Numbered from the stretch's first letter, positions 17,605 to 27,836 are shown. The stretch: DNA of 41,872 nucleotides from a virus (IMGVR_UViG_3300038675_000167:1-41872), one strand, 5' to 3'. Notes: generated by a model not told the origin, from the sequence alone. Translations and numbers: made by a program.

Positions 17605-17642
17605 TGTTACGGAATTGTTACAATTGTAACATTTTTGTAACA
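17605..17642. promoter_or_regulatory. Two OmpR-family (WalR-like) direct-repeat boxes
   Basis: TGTTAC-GGAAT-TGTTAC (17605-17621) and TGTAAC-ATTTT-TGTAAC (17625-17641) both fit TGTWAH-N5-TGTWAH. Confidence 0.5.
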
Positions 17643-17791
17643 CTCTTATCCCCTCCCTTTGCTTATATGGTAACATAAAGCGCCCAGATTGTCAAGTTTT
17701 CGGTTTAGATGTTGAACATCTGGCAATATTTGGTCGTTTTTTCGCCAAATAATACATGTAAATGTTACAAAAATATTAAGTTTGTAACATT

Positions 17792-17965
17792 TTAGCACTC
17801 CACCGTTTCAAGTGCTAAAAAGTTAGATACGTCTAACATTTTAGCACTCAATGCCTAAGAGTGCTAACAAGTTAGATATACTTAACCCGTTAGCACTCAC
17901 CCGCGTAGAGTGCTAACAAGTTAGAAGCATCTAACATTTTAGCACTCTGACTGCGCGAGTGCTAA
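17792..17965. promoter_or_regulatory. Four tandem CIRCE (HrcA operator) elements at 49-bp period
   Basis: TTAGCACTC-N9-GAGTGCTAA at 17841, 17890 and 17939 (perfect) and 17792 (one mismatch); all N9 spacers differ. Confidence 0.92.
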
Positions 17966-18007
17966 ATGTTACAAAATTATTAAATCTTAAAAAAGGGCAA
18001 AAAAGTA

Positions 18008-18036
18008 TTGATTTTTACAATCCATTTTGATATAAT
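18008..18036 (+). promoter_or_regulatory. sigmaA-type promoter
   Basis: TTGATT, 17 bp, TG-extended TATAAT. Confidence 0.7.
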
Positions 18037-18103
18037 TGCATTGCGCAAGCGAAAAGCAAGCGCGAAAAAAGCAAGGCCGCAAGGCCAGAAAGAAGGTTAT
18101 AAC

Positions 18104-18712
18104 ATGAAACTAACCAAACAGCAGGAACAAGCCCTTGTCCTTTGCGCCGAAAAGCGCTTGCCTATGCTTCGCGCCGAATTGCTGAAAAATTCTACCGGAT
18201 TTGTGGGAAAATTCGCGGAAGAATTTAGATTGATTCTAAACAAAAAACCGCGTGATATTCTCAACTGCCGGGCCGCCAACCGGGTGGACGTTCGCCTTGG
18301 CCGCTCGGTTGGTATAGAAATTAAAACCGGTTCCGGCGCCGTGGCCTACGCGGAAGGGCGTTTACCGTTTACTACGGAAGATATTATACCGGAAAACATT
18401 TTGCCCGGTGTGCGGTTCGTCCTGTGGTTGCCTTTCCCGTCTATCTTTTTGCAGGAAATTGCAAAAATAGAAAACGGCTTGCAGGCGCAAAAAGTGCTTG
18501 AAACAATGCTAAAAAATTCCTTCCTTTTCACCCGTGAACAATTTCTTGACATGCTGGAAAGCATTGGAAAAAATGGCCTTCGCTCTTCCGTAAAGGTGAG
18601 CAAGCAAGGCGGACAGTTGAACATTCAAACAATTTCCGCGAAAATGGAAAGCCGCCTTTGGGATTATTTGGAAAATATCCCTAATGGGTATGACGCGCTG
18701 ATTGAAAAATAA
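18104..18712 (+). CDS. Putative PD-(D/E)xK nuclease-fold protein, 202 aa
   Basis: Start MKLTKQQ after AGAAGG; GKFAE...VDV...IEIKTG fits the E..D..ExK catalytic pattern; fold is inferred. Confidence 0.55.
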   Translation: MKLTKQQEQALVLCAEKRLPMLRAELLKNSTGFVGKFAEEFRLILNKKPRDILNCRAANRVDVRLGRSVGIEIKTGSGAVAYAEGRLPFTTEDIIPENILPGVRFVLWLPFPSIFLQEIAKIENGLQAQKVLETMLKNSFLFTREQFLDMLESIGKNGLRSSVKVSKQGGQLNIQTISAKMESRLWDYLENIPNGYDALIEK

Positions 18713-18779
18713 AGCGAAAAAGGGAAGGGGAAAATCTTTTCCCCTTCCCGAAAAAAGAAAAAGAAAGGAATGAAAAAAA

Positions 18780-18974
18780 ATGTTTACTGTTTATAATCTG
18801 TTATCCGGTGAAGCGCTCACCTTTTCCCATTTTGGCGCGGCCGCGAAGCATGTTATAAAAGCCCTTGACAATATGGCAAAAAATTGCCCAATGGCCTTAC
18901 TTGACGCAAGGGAAGAAAACGACGGCGTGGTTTTTGAGATATGGGAAGGGTCACAAATTATTATGCGCAAGTAA
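18780..18974 (+). CDS. Small hypothetical protein
   Basis: RBS AAAGGA, 64 aa, followed by a terminator. Confidence 0.7.
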   Translation: MFTVYNLLSGEALTFSHFGAAAKHVIKALDNMAKNCPMALLDAREENDGVVFEIWEGSQIIMRK

Positions 18975-18982
18975 CCGGATGA

Positions 18983-19012
18983 AAAAAAAGCAGGGCGTGC
19001 CCCTGCTTTTTT
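18983..19012. terminator. Bidirectional intrinsic terminator
   Basis: A-tract, GCAGGG-CGTGC-CCCTGC, T-tract. Confidence 0.75.
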
Positions 19013-19233
19013 TAATGGAGCAAAGCTTCCAATTTTTCCCAGCAGCAAGCAGCGCTTCCATATTTTACCAGCAGCCGGGGCGGGTATATTCCAGGAATTT
19101 CCTGTTAGACTTGTCTAACCGGGGTGGGGCCCTCCCAATTCCCCACCGACTTTTTTATTTTAAACCCTAACACTTGACAAAGAAAAACTCCATATGGTAT
19201 AATAAAATAAAGAAGGTCGGAGGTGACCATACA

Positions 19234-20532
19234 TTGAAAAAAAAATATTCCCTTAATTATGAAATCGAAAGAGATATTGACCGTGTTCATGCGGTAGAAG
19301 ATATATTAGATTAGTTGGAGACCGACCCCACTCCACTTGAATTAGAACAAATGGGCTCATATATTTTATATGGGAAAGACGAAAACGGATTAAATTCAAT
19401 ACAAAGGGGAGAAACAACAGACGGAAATAAAAGATACGGTAGCTATAAAAAAACTGACGACAAATTACTTTCGCTTGATGAAATCCTAGACAATCCAATG
19501 GCAGACTAGCAATCTCTAAAACCAACTTCATAGCGCAGCGCCTATACCAAAAAGAAACCTGTTATCGCGCGGCCAAAATACGATAAGAAAACTGGCGAAA
19601 TGATTGACCCCGGTGATAGTGATATTCCTGGTATGAAAGAACTGTGGGAATGCATTGACCACTTAGAACATGTTGTTGCCATTAATGAAGGAAAAATTCC
19701 GCCAGATGATACCTCAACCATTTTAGATGATAGCTACCGTCTATATTAGTTAAAGCATATGCTAATTGACGTGCGCCGCCATCAATATTATCTAAAAGAT
19801 GCCTACAAACCCACTCTACATTTTTAGGCGATTGACCACCCTAGGGCCGCATTTTACGATTGGACATGCGATTCCTTCTATTGGATTTCACGCGAAGAAT
19901 GGCAGCGTCGAGTTGATAATACCTTATTATCCTCGGTATCAAAGAAAATTGAAGATTATGAAGTGCGCGAAGACGGGGCTATAAAATGGGTTATTAGACG
20001 TCATACCTTTAATTGGGAAGACCCGCTTCACGTAAGGGCACTTATCAATAATTATGATTTATTATATGATTAGTTTCATGAAAAATTAGATACCTATGGG
20101 CGTACCTTATTATTTGATTTTGAACGTTATCGCGCGATGGCCCAGTTCTCTGAATTGCGCGAATATATATTAGATTAGAAATTAGAACGTATTTAGTACA
20201 CAGATATAATACAAAACCTTTAGGCTAAATATGGTATTAAATATAATGAAAATCATTTATGCACAATTCTCGCGCGCGAAATACCAGAGAAAATCGCACA
20301 AACCGCCTAGAAATACCACTTATTACTCGACACTCCCGAAGAAAATAAAAAAATATGTAAGAGTTGCGGCAGAAAACTCCCAATACATGGGCTATTTTTT
20401 GTACATAATAGAAGTCGTAAAGATGGATTTTCTGGTACATGTAAAGAGTGCGAAAAATAGAAGCGCATTGCGCGAGGAGGTTAGAGTATAAATGATAGAC
20501 GAACAAAAGAAGCGCAAATGTATAAAATGTAA
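19234..20532 (+). CDS. Phage protein preceding the terminase genes, C-terminal zinc finger, about 432 aa, about 12 in-frame TAG
   Basis: Promoter TTGACA...TATAAT near 19174-19203, RBS GGAGGTG, TTG start; frame has no TAA/TGA until 20530; CKSC...CKEC. Confidence 0.75.
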
Positions 20533-21442
20533 GTAGGAAAAAACAGAAATAGCATTTGCCTACACTCCATCAAATTTTTTCCCTGGCCATCGTAGTCTTA
20601 TTTGCACGTAGTGCCTTGAGAAAATGATTCCTCAAGATAATCTTGGAGAAGTTGATCGACTTTGCCGTTATCTTGATGTACCGTTTGATTTAAATAAATG
20701 GACATCACTTTATAAGGTGCATGGAGAACATACATTAACTGCTTACTTCAATTTACTTTTGGACGACCATTATGAAGCATTAAATTGGAGCGATGAAAAT
20801 GAGAGATGGCGCCTTGCGCGAAAAGAGGACACTATTGATGAAGAGATTGAAGCTATTAACGAAGCAAAACTTAAAAAATTAAAGAAAGAATGGTCACCAA
20901 CATATAGTAAAGATGAACTTTTATTTTTAGAAGATTTTTACAATAGCATTGTTTCTTCATAGAACGTTTCAACTCCAATCCTTCAACATTACGCGCGAGA
21001 CTTATGCGAAATTGAACTGCGTATCAAAAAGGGACTCCGCAATGGGGCAGATATTAAAAAGGATATGGACGCTCGTGACAACATTATTAAAATTGCCAAA
21101 TTTGAAGCTTCTAACGCGAAATCCGCGGCAGACTTTGAATCTGTTGGCGAGTTAATGGTTTATTATGGAAAAAAAGGATGGCATCCAAAATGGCATCAAG
21201 AACCACAAGACTCTATTGATTTTTTAATGCAAAATATTTAGAATTATTTAAAACGACTTGTTGTGAATGAAGGTAATTTCGCGGAACAAGTTGAAGACGC
21301 GCGCGAACGTTATAATATGACCGAACGCCTTGAAGAAATTGAAAACGAAGCCGTTGAGTTTGACGAAACCGCAGACATTGAATATGAGGGTGAAGATGAA
21401 CTTGTTGGTGATTTGAGTAGGGAGGGGGGCTATGTTGAATGA
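20492..21442 (+). CDS. Probable terminase small subunit (N-terminal zinc finger), about 316 aa, 4 in-frame TAG
   Basis: RBS GGAGG; CIKC...CTQC; directly upstream of and overlapping the large terminase. Function assigned by position. Confidence 0.6.
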
Positions 21443-23225
21443 TAATGAATCCCTTGTCTACCGCGACGGCATACCAATTGAAAAAGGTGTTGTTCTTACA
21501 AAAGACTTTTTAGATAATAACCAAGAACTTTTTACTTCATATTTAAATCATTGGATATTATATCCAGACTTATTTTTAGATACAATCCAAGATTCAGAAG
21601 ACGCGAAAAACTTTCATTTATTTCCTTTTTAGCGAATTGCATTGCGCGCGTCAATGCGTTATCGTTAGCATTTCTGGACTGCAACGCGTGCTACATCTAA
21701 ATCATTCACTGCTTATTTAAGCGCAGTTGTGCGCGCGACTTTACTTCCACGTTCTGTTATAATGATTGCGTCAGAAGTAAAAGGAACAGTTATCAAAATT
21801 GCAGAAGCTAAGTTTGAAGAAATATTTAGACATTGGCCTCTTTTACGCAATGAGCTAAAAACGCGCGTTGATGACGGTAAAACAGGTATAAAATCAAGTA
21901 GTAACTATTACGAATTGAATTTTAAAAATGGTAGCCAAATTACAGTAGTATCAAAAGATACTTCTCGTGGACTTCGTTCTACATCTGCTATTCTTGAAGA
22001 AGCTGCTCTTATTGAAGAAGTACCATATAATGAAGTTCTACTTCCTCAAATGAATATTAAGAGACGTGAGGTAGATGGAACTATCAATCCTGACGAGCCT
22101 TCAGCCGCGCAAAATTTCATAACTACCGCCGCTGAAAAAACAGTTTTTATGTATAGCAAGGTTATTGAAGTTGCTATTAATGCCGTATTGCGGCCAAATG
22201 AATATTTTTGTTGGGGTCTTTCATATGAAGTTCCTTTACATTATGGTTTACTTGATAAAGCAACAATGTTAGACTAGCGTTATTCCTCAACAATGAGCGA
22301 AGAAGCTTTCGCCCGCGAAAATTTATCAATTTGGACTGGTAATAATAAAGACGCATGGCTTAATAGTAAGAAATTAACAAAAAAACGAACTCTTTTAAAA
22401 TGCGAGCGTAAAGCACAATAGAACCCTGTTAATCCTAAGACATTTTATTTGATAGGGGTCGATGTAGCAAGATACTCTGCTAATACCGCTGTTATGGTTA
22501 TTAAAGTTATTCCTACCATAAGTGGCTTTAAGAAGAATGTCGTTTATACAGAAGTTATTCACGGCGAAAATTACATTTCTCAACAAGCACCACGACTAAA
22601 AAAATTAATTTAGTTATATTAGCCAAGAGAAATAGTTATTGACGGTAATGGCCCAGGTATTGGTTTATTAGATGCAATGGTTTTACCTTCATATAATAAT
22701 ACAACTGGGGAACAATTTCCTGCCTACTTTACTTTTAATAATGAATATCATTTACCTCCTGAAATGAAGGAAGAAAAAGAAGAACCAAAACCAGAATTTA
22801 ATGCTATTATATATGATATAAAAGCTGGTTCTTCTAATGACGACACAATTCATTCTAACTTATTCGCGCAAATAAATAATGGTTCTGTTTATTTTTTAGC
22901 AAATGAACGCATTGTAAAAGATAAGTTAATGAACACCGCGAGAGGTAAAAAGATGGATATATATAGTAGACGAGAATTTTTATTACCTTATGAAATGACT
23001 TCGAGACTAATGGATGAACTTAATAATTTACGATTAAAGCCAACTGGAGTATAGAATCAATTTAAAGTAGAACGTATCTCAACTTCTATTTAGAAAGACC
23101 GTTTTTCTGCGCTAGAATATGCTCTTTATCGCGTAAAATATTATGAAGATAAAAATAATAAAAAATCTAAGAAACGAGATCTTAGTTCTAGTATTCATTT
23201 TACTCCAAGACAAAGAAGGGGGTGA
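21432..23225 (+). CDS. terL: Terminase large subunit, about 597 aa, about 8 in-frame TAG
   Basis: Walker A-like ATRATSKS, RGLR..AILEEA Walker B, ITTA coupling motif, nuclease GVDVAR, IDGNG and KDRFSA motifs, all in one frame across TAGs. Confidence 0.9.
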
Positions 23226-23230
23226 TATAA

Positions 23231-24784
23231 TTGGAAACTGTAAAAAGAGATTTTACTGCTTTTAAAAAGCGTATGAAACCTATCGCTAGGGCCCCCATAT
23301 CTATGCGAACATATAGTAGCCGTTATGGCTGGCAAATTAATGAACCAGTTCGTGGAGATTTTAGCTTAGAAGAAATTCAAGAAATAATTCGCTCCGGTGA
23401 CATAATTGCTTTACGAGAATTATCTAGATATTTTTATAGAACAAATAGTGAATATAGGGCTAATATAGATTATCTCGCGCATTTACCACTTTATGATACT
23501 GTGATTATTCCAAATTTTGAAGAAGGTAAAGGTTCAAAGGCATAGATTACAAAGGCATTTTATAACGCATGTAGTTTTATTGATAAATTAGACATTCCAA
23601 ATACTTTTACTAATATTACTGCTCAATGGATAAAAAATGGTATTTATTATGGTATTTTAAGAATGGAAGGAGATAAACCTACAATTCAAGACTTACCATT
23701 AGAATATTGTCGTTCTCGTTTTAAAGATTTTAATAATTTAAATATTCTAGAATTTAATTTAGTTTATTTTGAGCATATTACAGATAAGAATTATAAGAAT
23801 GAAGTTATTACTTCTTTCCCAGCTGTTGTTTAGAAAGCATGGGTAGATTGGACACGAGCTTCTAAAAAAACAGACCCGTGGGTTATGATTCCCGCATCTG
23901 AAGGCGGAGTTTGTTTCTTCTTTTAGCATGACTAGACTCCATTACTAATTGCTAGTATACCAAGTTTAAAGAAAAAAGATGACGCTATTGGCCGAGAAGA
24001 AAAGCGTGATGAAAATGAATTATATAAATTATTAATTCAAAAAATGCCAGTTGATAAAGACGGAGAACTTGTTTTTTAGTTAGAAGAAATTGCGGATATT
24101 CATGATTCTGTTTCAGATATGCTACGAGATATAAATACAGTTGACGTTCTTACTACTTTAGGGGATACTTCTCTTGAAAGTATTCAAGAATCTACTTCTG
24201 CTACATAGTCCGCAGACAGAATAGATAAATATAGAAAAAATGCTTGGGATGCATTAGGCCGCGGTAATATTTTATTTAATCCTGATGGAAGTTCATCGCT
24301 TGCTTATATGATTAAAAAGGATGAAGCTTTAATGATCGCTTATTTGAACATATACGAAACATGGCTTAAATTTCATCTTAACCATAAATTTGCGCGAACC
24401 GGACTAACTTTCGATTTTGAAATAATCCCAACAACAGTTTTTAATCGAAAAGATTTATAGGGCATTTATTTTAGTGGGGCTTAGTATGGTTATTCTAAAA
24501 TGTTTGCTGGCATTGTAATGGGTATTAAACAAATGAGTCAATTAAGTTTGATGATTTTTGAAAATGACTTCTTAAAGATGTCTGAAAAGATGATTCCATT
24601 ACAGTCTTCTTATACTACTCCTGGGGGTGTAGTCGCGGGAGAAGGAAAAAATAATTCTTCCGCGCAAAAAAGTAGTAATAGTACGTCAGGTCGTAACATA
24701 AATAATACAGGAGGGCGTCCAGAACTTCCTGATGAACAAAAATCTGAAAAAACTTAGGCTAATATTAAAGCAGCCGAAGGTTAA
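23231..24784 (+). CDS. Portal protein, about 517 aa, TAG-recoded
   Basis: Follows terL; continuous frame across TAGs; C-terminal GGRP motif common in portals. Confidence 0.75.
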
Positions 24785-24795
24785 GGAGAATAATT

Positions 24796-26064
24796 ATGGA
24801 TAAAAAAATACCAATTTATTTTGATACCATTGTTTTAGATTCTCCACTTCAAGATATTCCTTGTGAAGATTCCAACGCTTTCCGATTACATGTAGGAGTT
24901 TTTACTAAGTATAAAAATCGTAATGGCTCTTATATTACAGATGAATATGCAGATTTTTTAATTAAATCTGCTACTCGCGGTAATACTCCAGTAGTTGGAT
25001 TTTTTGATCCAGAAGAAAATAACTGGGCTTCTCATACCGGACCAAAACTTGCAAATGGTTACGGTTATATAGAGAGCTTTGATGGATGGACTCCAATGCA
25101 AGACACAGATGGAGTAACTAGAGATTATGCTATTTTTTCCGTAGTATTATTTACAGATTATTATGAAGAAGCACGTAAAATAAAAGGCCAACATCAAAGT
25201 ATGGAATTAAATCCAGAGACCATTGAAGGCGATTGGGCTGAATTTGATGGAGAATATTATTACGTTTACACAAAAGGAAATATGCTTGGATTATGCGTAA
25301 TTGGCTCGCACGAACCTTGCTTTTCAGTGTCATCTTTTTTCTCCAAGGAAGATGATACATATAAATCTCAATATGAAAAGTTCTCTTCACTTTTGTCTGG
25401 TCTAAAAGAAAAATTTGAAGAGGCTGAGAAAAAACAAGAGGGAGGAGGACAACCGATGGAAGAATTTGAGAAGAAACAAGAAGAAGAAGAAGTTGTAAAT
25501 CCTGCCGAAGAACCTGAAAAAGAAGAAAAATCTTCTAATTTTGAGGCAGAAAAAGAAGAAGAAGAAAAAGAAGAAGAAAAAGAGGAAGAAACTCCTGTTG
25601 GAGAAGAAAAGGAAGAAGAAGAAACTCCATCAGAACCTTCTGAATTTGAAAAACTTCAAGCAAGTCTTAATGAATTACAAACTTCTTATAACGAATTACA
25701 AACTAAATTTGAAGAAGCAACAAACAGTATTAATGAATTTAATAAAACTGTTGAAGAGCTTCGTGAAGAAAATGCTAAGCTTCAAGCCGCGGTTACTAAT
25801 TATCAAGCGCTTGAAGCACAAGAAGAATTAAATAAGAAAAATAATTTAATTGAAAAGTATGAAAAAGTTTTATCTGATGAAGAAATTACCCCAATTAAAG
25901 AAGGGTTAAATGACTTCTCTTATGACGAACTAGAAGGTAAATTAGCGATTGTATTCGCTAATAAGCAAATGACTGGCAGTGAGGAACAAACTAAGAAAGT
26001 GCCACTACCAGAACCTGAAAAATCTTCTTTCGCTTTACTTATTGAAAAATATCGTAGAAAATAA
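24796..26064 (+). CDS. Prohead protease/scaffold fusion
   Basis: N-terminal NRNGS...H...QSMEL...GLCVIG...EPCF protease-like domain and acidic coiled-coil C-terminus; between portal and capsid; no TAG. Confidence 0.7.
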   Translation: MDKKIPIYFDTIVLDSPLQDIPCEDSNAFRLHVGVFTKYKNRNGSYITDEYADFLIKSATRGNTPVVGFFDPEENNWASHTGPKLANGYGYIESFDGWTPMQDTDGVTRDYAIFSVVLFTDYYEEARKIKGQHQSMELNPETIEGDWAEFDGEYYYVYTKGNMLGLCVIGSHEPCFSVSSFFSKEDDTYKSQYEKFSSLLSGLKEKFEEAEKKQEGGGQPMEEFEKKQEEEEVVNPAEEPEKEEKSSNFEAEKEEEEKEEEKEEETPVGEEKEEEETPSEPSEFEKLQASLNELQTSYNELQTKFEEATNSINEFNKTVEELREENAKLQAAVTNYQALEAQEELNKKNNLIEKYEKVLSDEEITPIKEGLNDFSYDELEGKLAIVFANKQMTGSEEQTKKVPLPEPEKSSFALLIEKYRRK

Positions 26065-26081
26065 TTAGGAGGGAATAAGTT

Positions 26082-26693
26082 ATGAGCATGAAAAGATTTC
26101 CTTGTGAACAATATGCCAGTTTAGAATTAAATCAAGTAGCTTTCCCTAAGACTGGTATGGTTGTTTCTTAGACTCCTCTCGGAGATGCTTTCACTAAGGA
26201 TGCTCCTTGTGAAAATGGTATGTGGGTTGTAGCTGACAAGGCTGTTGGTAAGATTAATGCTCCCGCTGCAGTTACTGATGCCCCAATTGGTATCGTATAT
26301 ACCACAGAAAAAGAATATGACATTATGCACTATGGTCTAAAGACCTTTGGCCGCAAGATTGCTGGCGATTATCCTCGTGTTGGTGTATTAGGCATTGGTG
26401 ATACCGTAACAACTAACTGCTTACAATATGATGATAGTGTATTTTTAGCTGTTACTACTGGAGATAATCAAAAGACTTCTGATGAAGTATTAGATGAATA
26501 TCTATCTGGTGACCTAACTAACACCAATAAAGCTTATGTAGTAATTCCCGCGACTACTACTTTATCTAAGGCTATTCCTCAGATTGTAAAGGCTTTACCA
26601 AATGGCTATACTGGTGCTTATGGCCGTATTGTAAAATATTATACTGTACCTAACGGCGAAAAAGGCGTTAAGTATCAAATGATTAGAGTATAA
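26082..26693 (+). CDS. Head decoration or minor capsid protein, 203 aa, one in-frame TAG
   Basis: RBS AGGAGG and ATG 26082 in frame with track ORF 26220; precedes the major capsid gene. Confidence 0.6.
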
Positions 26694-26707
26694 GGAGGTG
26701 CGGACTT

Positions 26708-27775
26708 ATGAATAATAATTTAAAAATTTTAATGAACGGCGTATTTGGACGTAAAGTTCCTGCTGAGTTCGCAGCTGCCGATTATGATTACGAATCCGCA
26801 TTACGTGATGAATTAAAGAAACTATTATGCGATGAAAATGGTCGTTTTAATCGTTATAAGTATGATCGCAATAAGATTGATCTATTTGAACTATTATCTC
26901 AGAATTTAGATGAAGTATTACCACAGAGTTTAACTGATGCTCTTAATATGTTCACTGAAATTATGCGTTTACCACAAGGTACTCGTCCAGAATTCCGTGT
27001 AACTCGCGGAAAGCAACGCGGCAAGCAATTCGTTACTCGCGCGACCGAATCTGGTAACTATGAAACCTTCCGTCTTGACAGAGATCGTTTCGACTTACAC
27101 ATCTTCGCAATTGGCGGAGCTGGTGTCGTAGACTTCGAGCGCTATCTAGATGGTATCGAAAATATTACTGATATTTATGAAGTAATTAATGAAGGTATGG
27201 TAGACCGTATTTTTGAATTAATTCAAGAAATGCTATTATCTGCTTGGAAGAAAATGCTTCCTGCTAATAAAGTTATTGGTAGTTCTTTCAGCCCAACTGC
27301 AATGAAGAAGTTATGTAATACTGTTTCTGCGTATGGTTCTCCAATTATTTATTGTTCTGCAGAATTCGCGGCTGAAATGGTAAATGCTATTACCTATAAT
27401 AACACTACTAAGATTTCTGATCAGGATGTTATTGATATTCGTGAACGTGGTTATATTGGAAAGTTCCAAGGCGTACCTATTGTAATTATGCCTCAATCCT
27501 TCACTGATGATACCAATAGCAAGCTAGTAATGAATCCTTCTTTCGCCTATGTAATTCCTACTGGCAAAGAAAAGATGATTAAACTTATCTTTGAAGGTAA
27601 TTCTTACTTCCGTGAATGGAATGACCACGAAGGAGATAATTCTGTTACATTACAAGCTTATACTAAGGTTGGCTTAGCATTAGTATCTCCTCTAAACTTC
27701 TGGGGCATCTACTACAATAGCTCCCTAGACACAAATACAAATTGGGCGGCTTATAACGCTGCACTAACTGCTTAA
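26708..27775 (+). CDS. Major capsid protein
   Basis: 355 aa, strong RBS, biased codon use, position after protease and decoration genes, strong terminator; no TAG. Confidence 0.8.
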   Translation: MNNNLKILMNGVFGRKVPAEFAAADYDYESALRDELKKLLCDENGRFNRYKYDRNKIDLFELLSQNLDEVLPQSLTDALNMFTEIMRLPQGTRPEFRVTRGKQRGKQFVTRATESGNYETFRLDRDRFDLHIFAIGGAGVVDFERYLDGIENITDIYEVINEGMVDRIFELIQEMLLSAWKKMLPANKVIGSSFSPTAMKKLCNTVSAYGSPIIYCSAEFAAEMVNAITYNNTTKISDQDVIDIRERGYIGKFQGVPIVIMPQSFTDDTNSKLVMNPSFAYVIPTGKEKMIKLIFEGNSYFREWNDHEGDNSVTLQAYTKVGLALVSPLNFWGIYYNSSLDTNTNWAAYNAALTA

Positions 27776-27780
27776 TAAAT

Positions 27781-27813
27781 AGGGCGGGTATTTTTAATGC
27801 CCGCCCTTCTTTT
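27781..27813 (+). terminator. Intrinsic terminator after the capsid gene
   Basis: AGGGCGGGTA...TGCCCGCCCT followed by TCTTTT. Confidence 0.75.
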
Positions 27814-27836
27814 GGAGATAAAAGGAGGATATTATA

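Larger units (their letters stand above)
2894..17723. repeat. Dispersed 19-bp palindrome TTAGATGTT(A/T)AACATCTAA, 35 perfect copies plus 1 degenerate, delimiting gene cassettes
   Basis: Starts at 2894, 3393, 3816, 4223, 4590, 5048, 5465, 5956, 6326, 6990, 7353, 7939, 8519, 9440, 10012, 10388, 10731, 11284, 11628, 12132, 12500, 12792, 13116, 13528, 13945, 14274, 14537, 14947, 15287, 15664, 16027, 16275, 16603, 17014, 17186; degenerate at 17705. All intergenic; none seen outside this interval. Confidence 0.97.

Noticed and set aside
3697-17640. Track ORFs antisense to cassette genes or crossing palindromes (e.g. 3704..4117, 4583..4900, 7458..8060, 8774..9130, 10054..10410, 16250..16600)
   Set aside because: Shadow frames lacking RBS or promoter; the recurring FRCLTSK and LDVKHL peptides are just the translated palindrome.
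2894-17723. CRISPR array interpretation of the 19-bp repeats
   Set aside because: Intervals are about 170-920 bp and contain promoters and genes; no cas genes in the window.
2894-17723. Classical integron with attC sites
   Set aside because: No IntI or tyrosine recombinase in the window, no RYYYAAC...GTTRRRY attC structure, and the cassettes carry their own promoters.
17792-17965. Mini-CRISPR interpretation of the 49-bp periodic repeat
   Set aside because: Variable parts are only 6-9 bp and the constant parts match the CIRCE consensus.
25541-25831. Lys-rich ORF overlapping the scaffold gene
   Set aside because: Alternate frame of GAA (Glu) repeats in 24796..26064.
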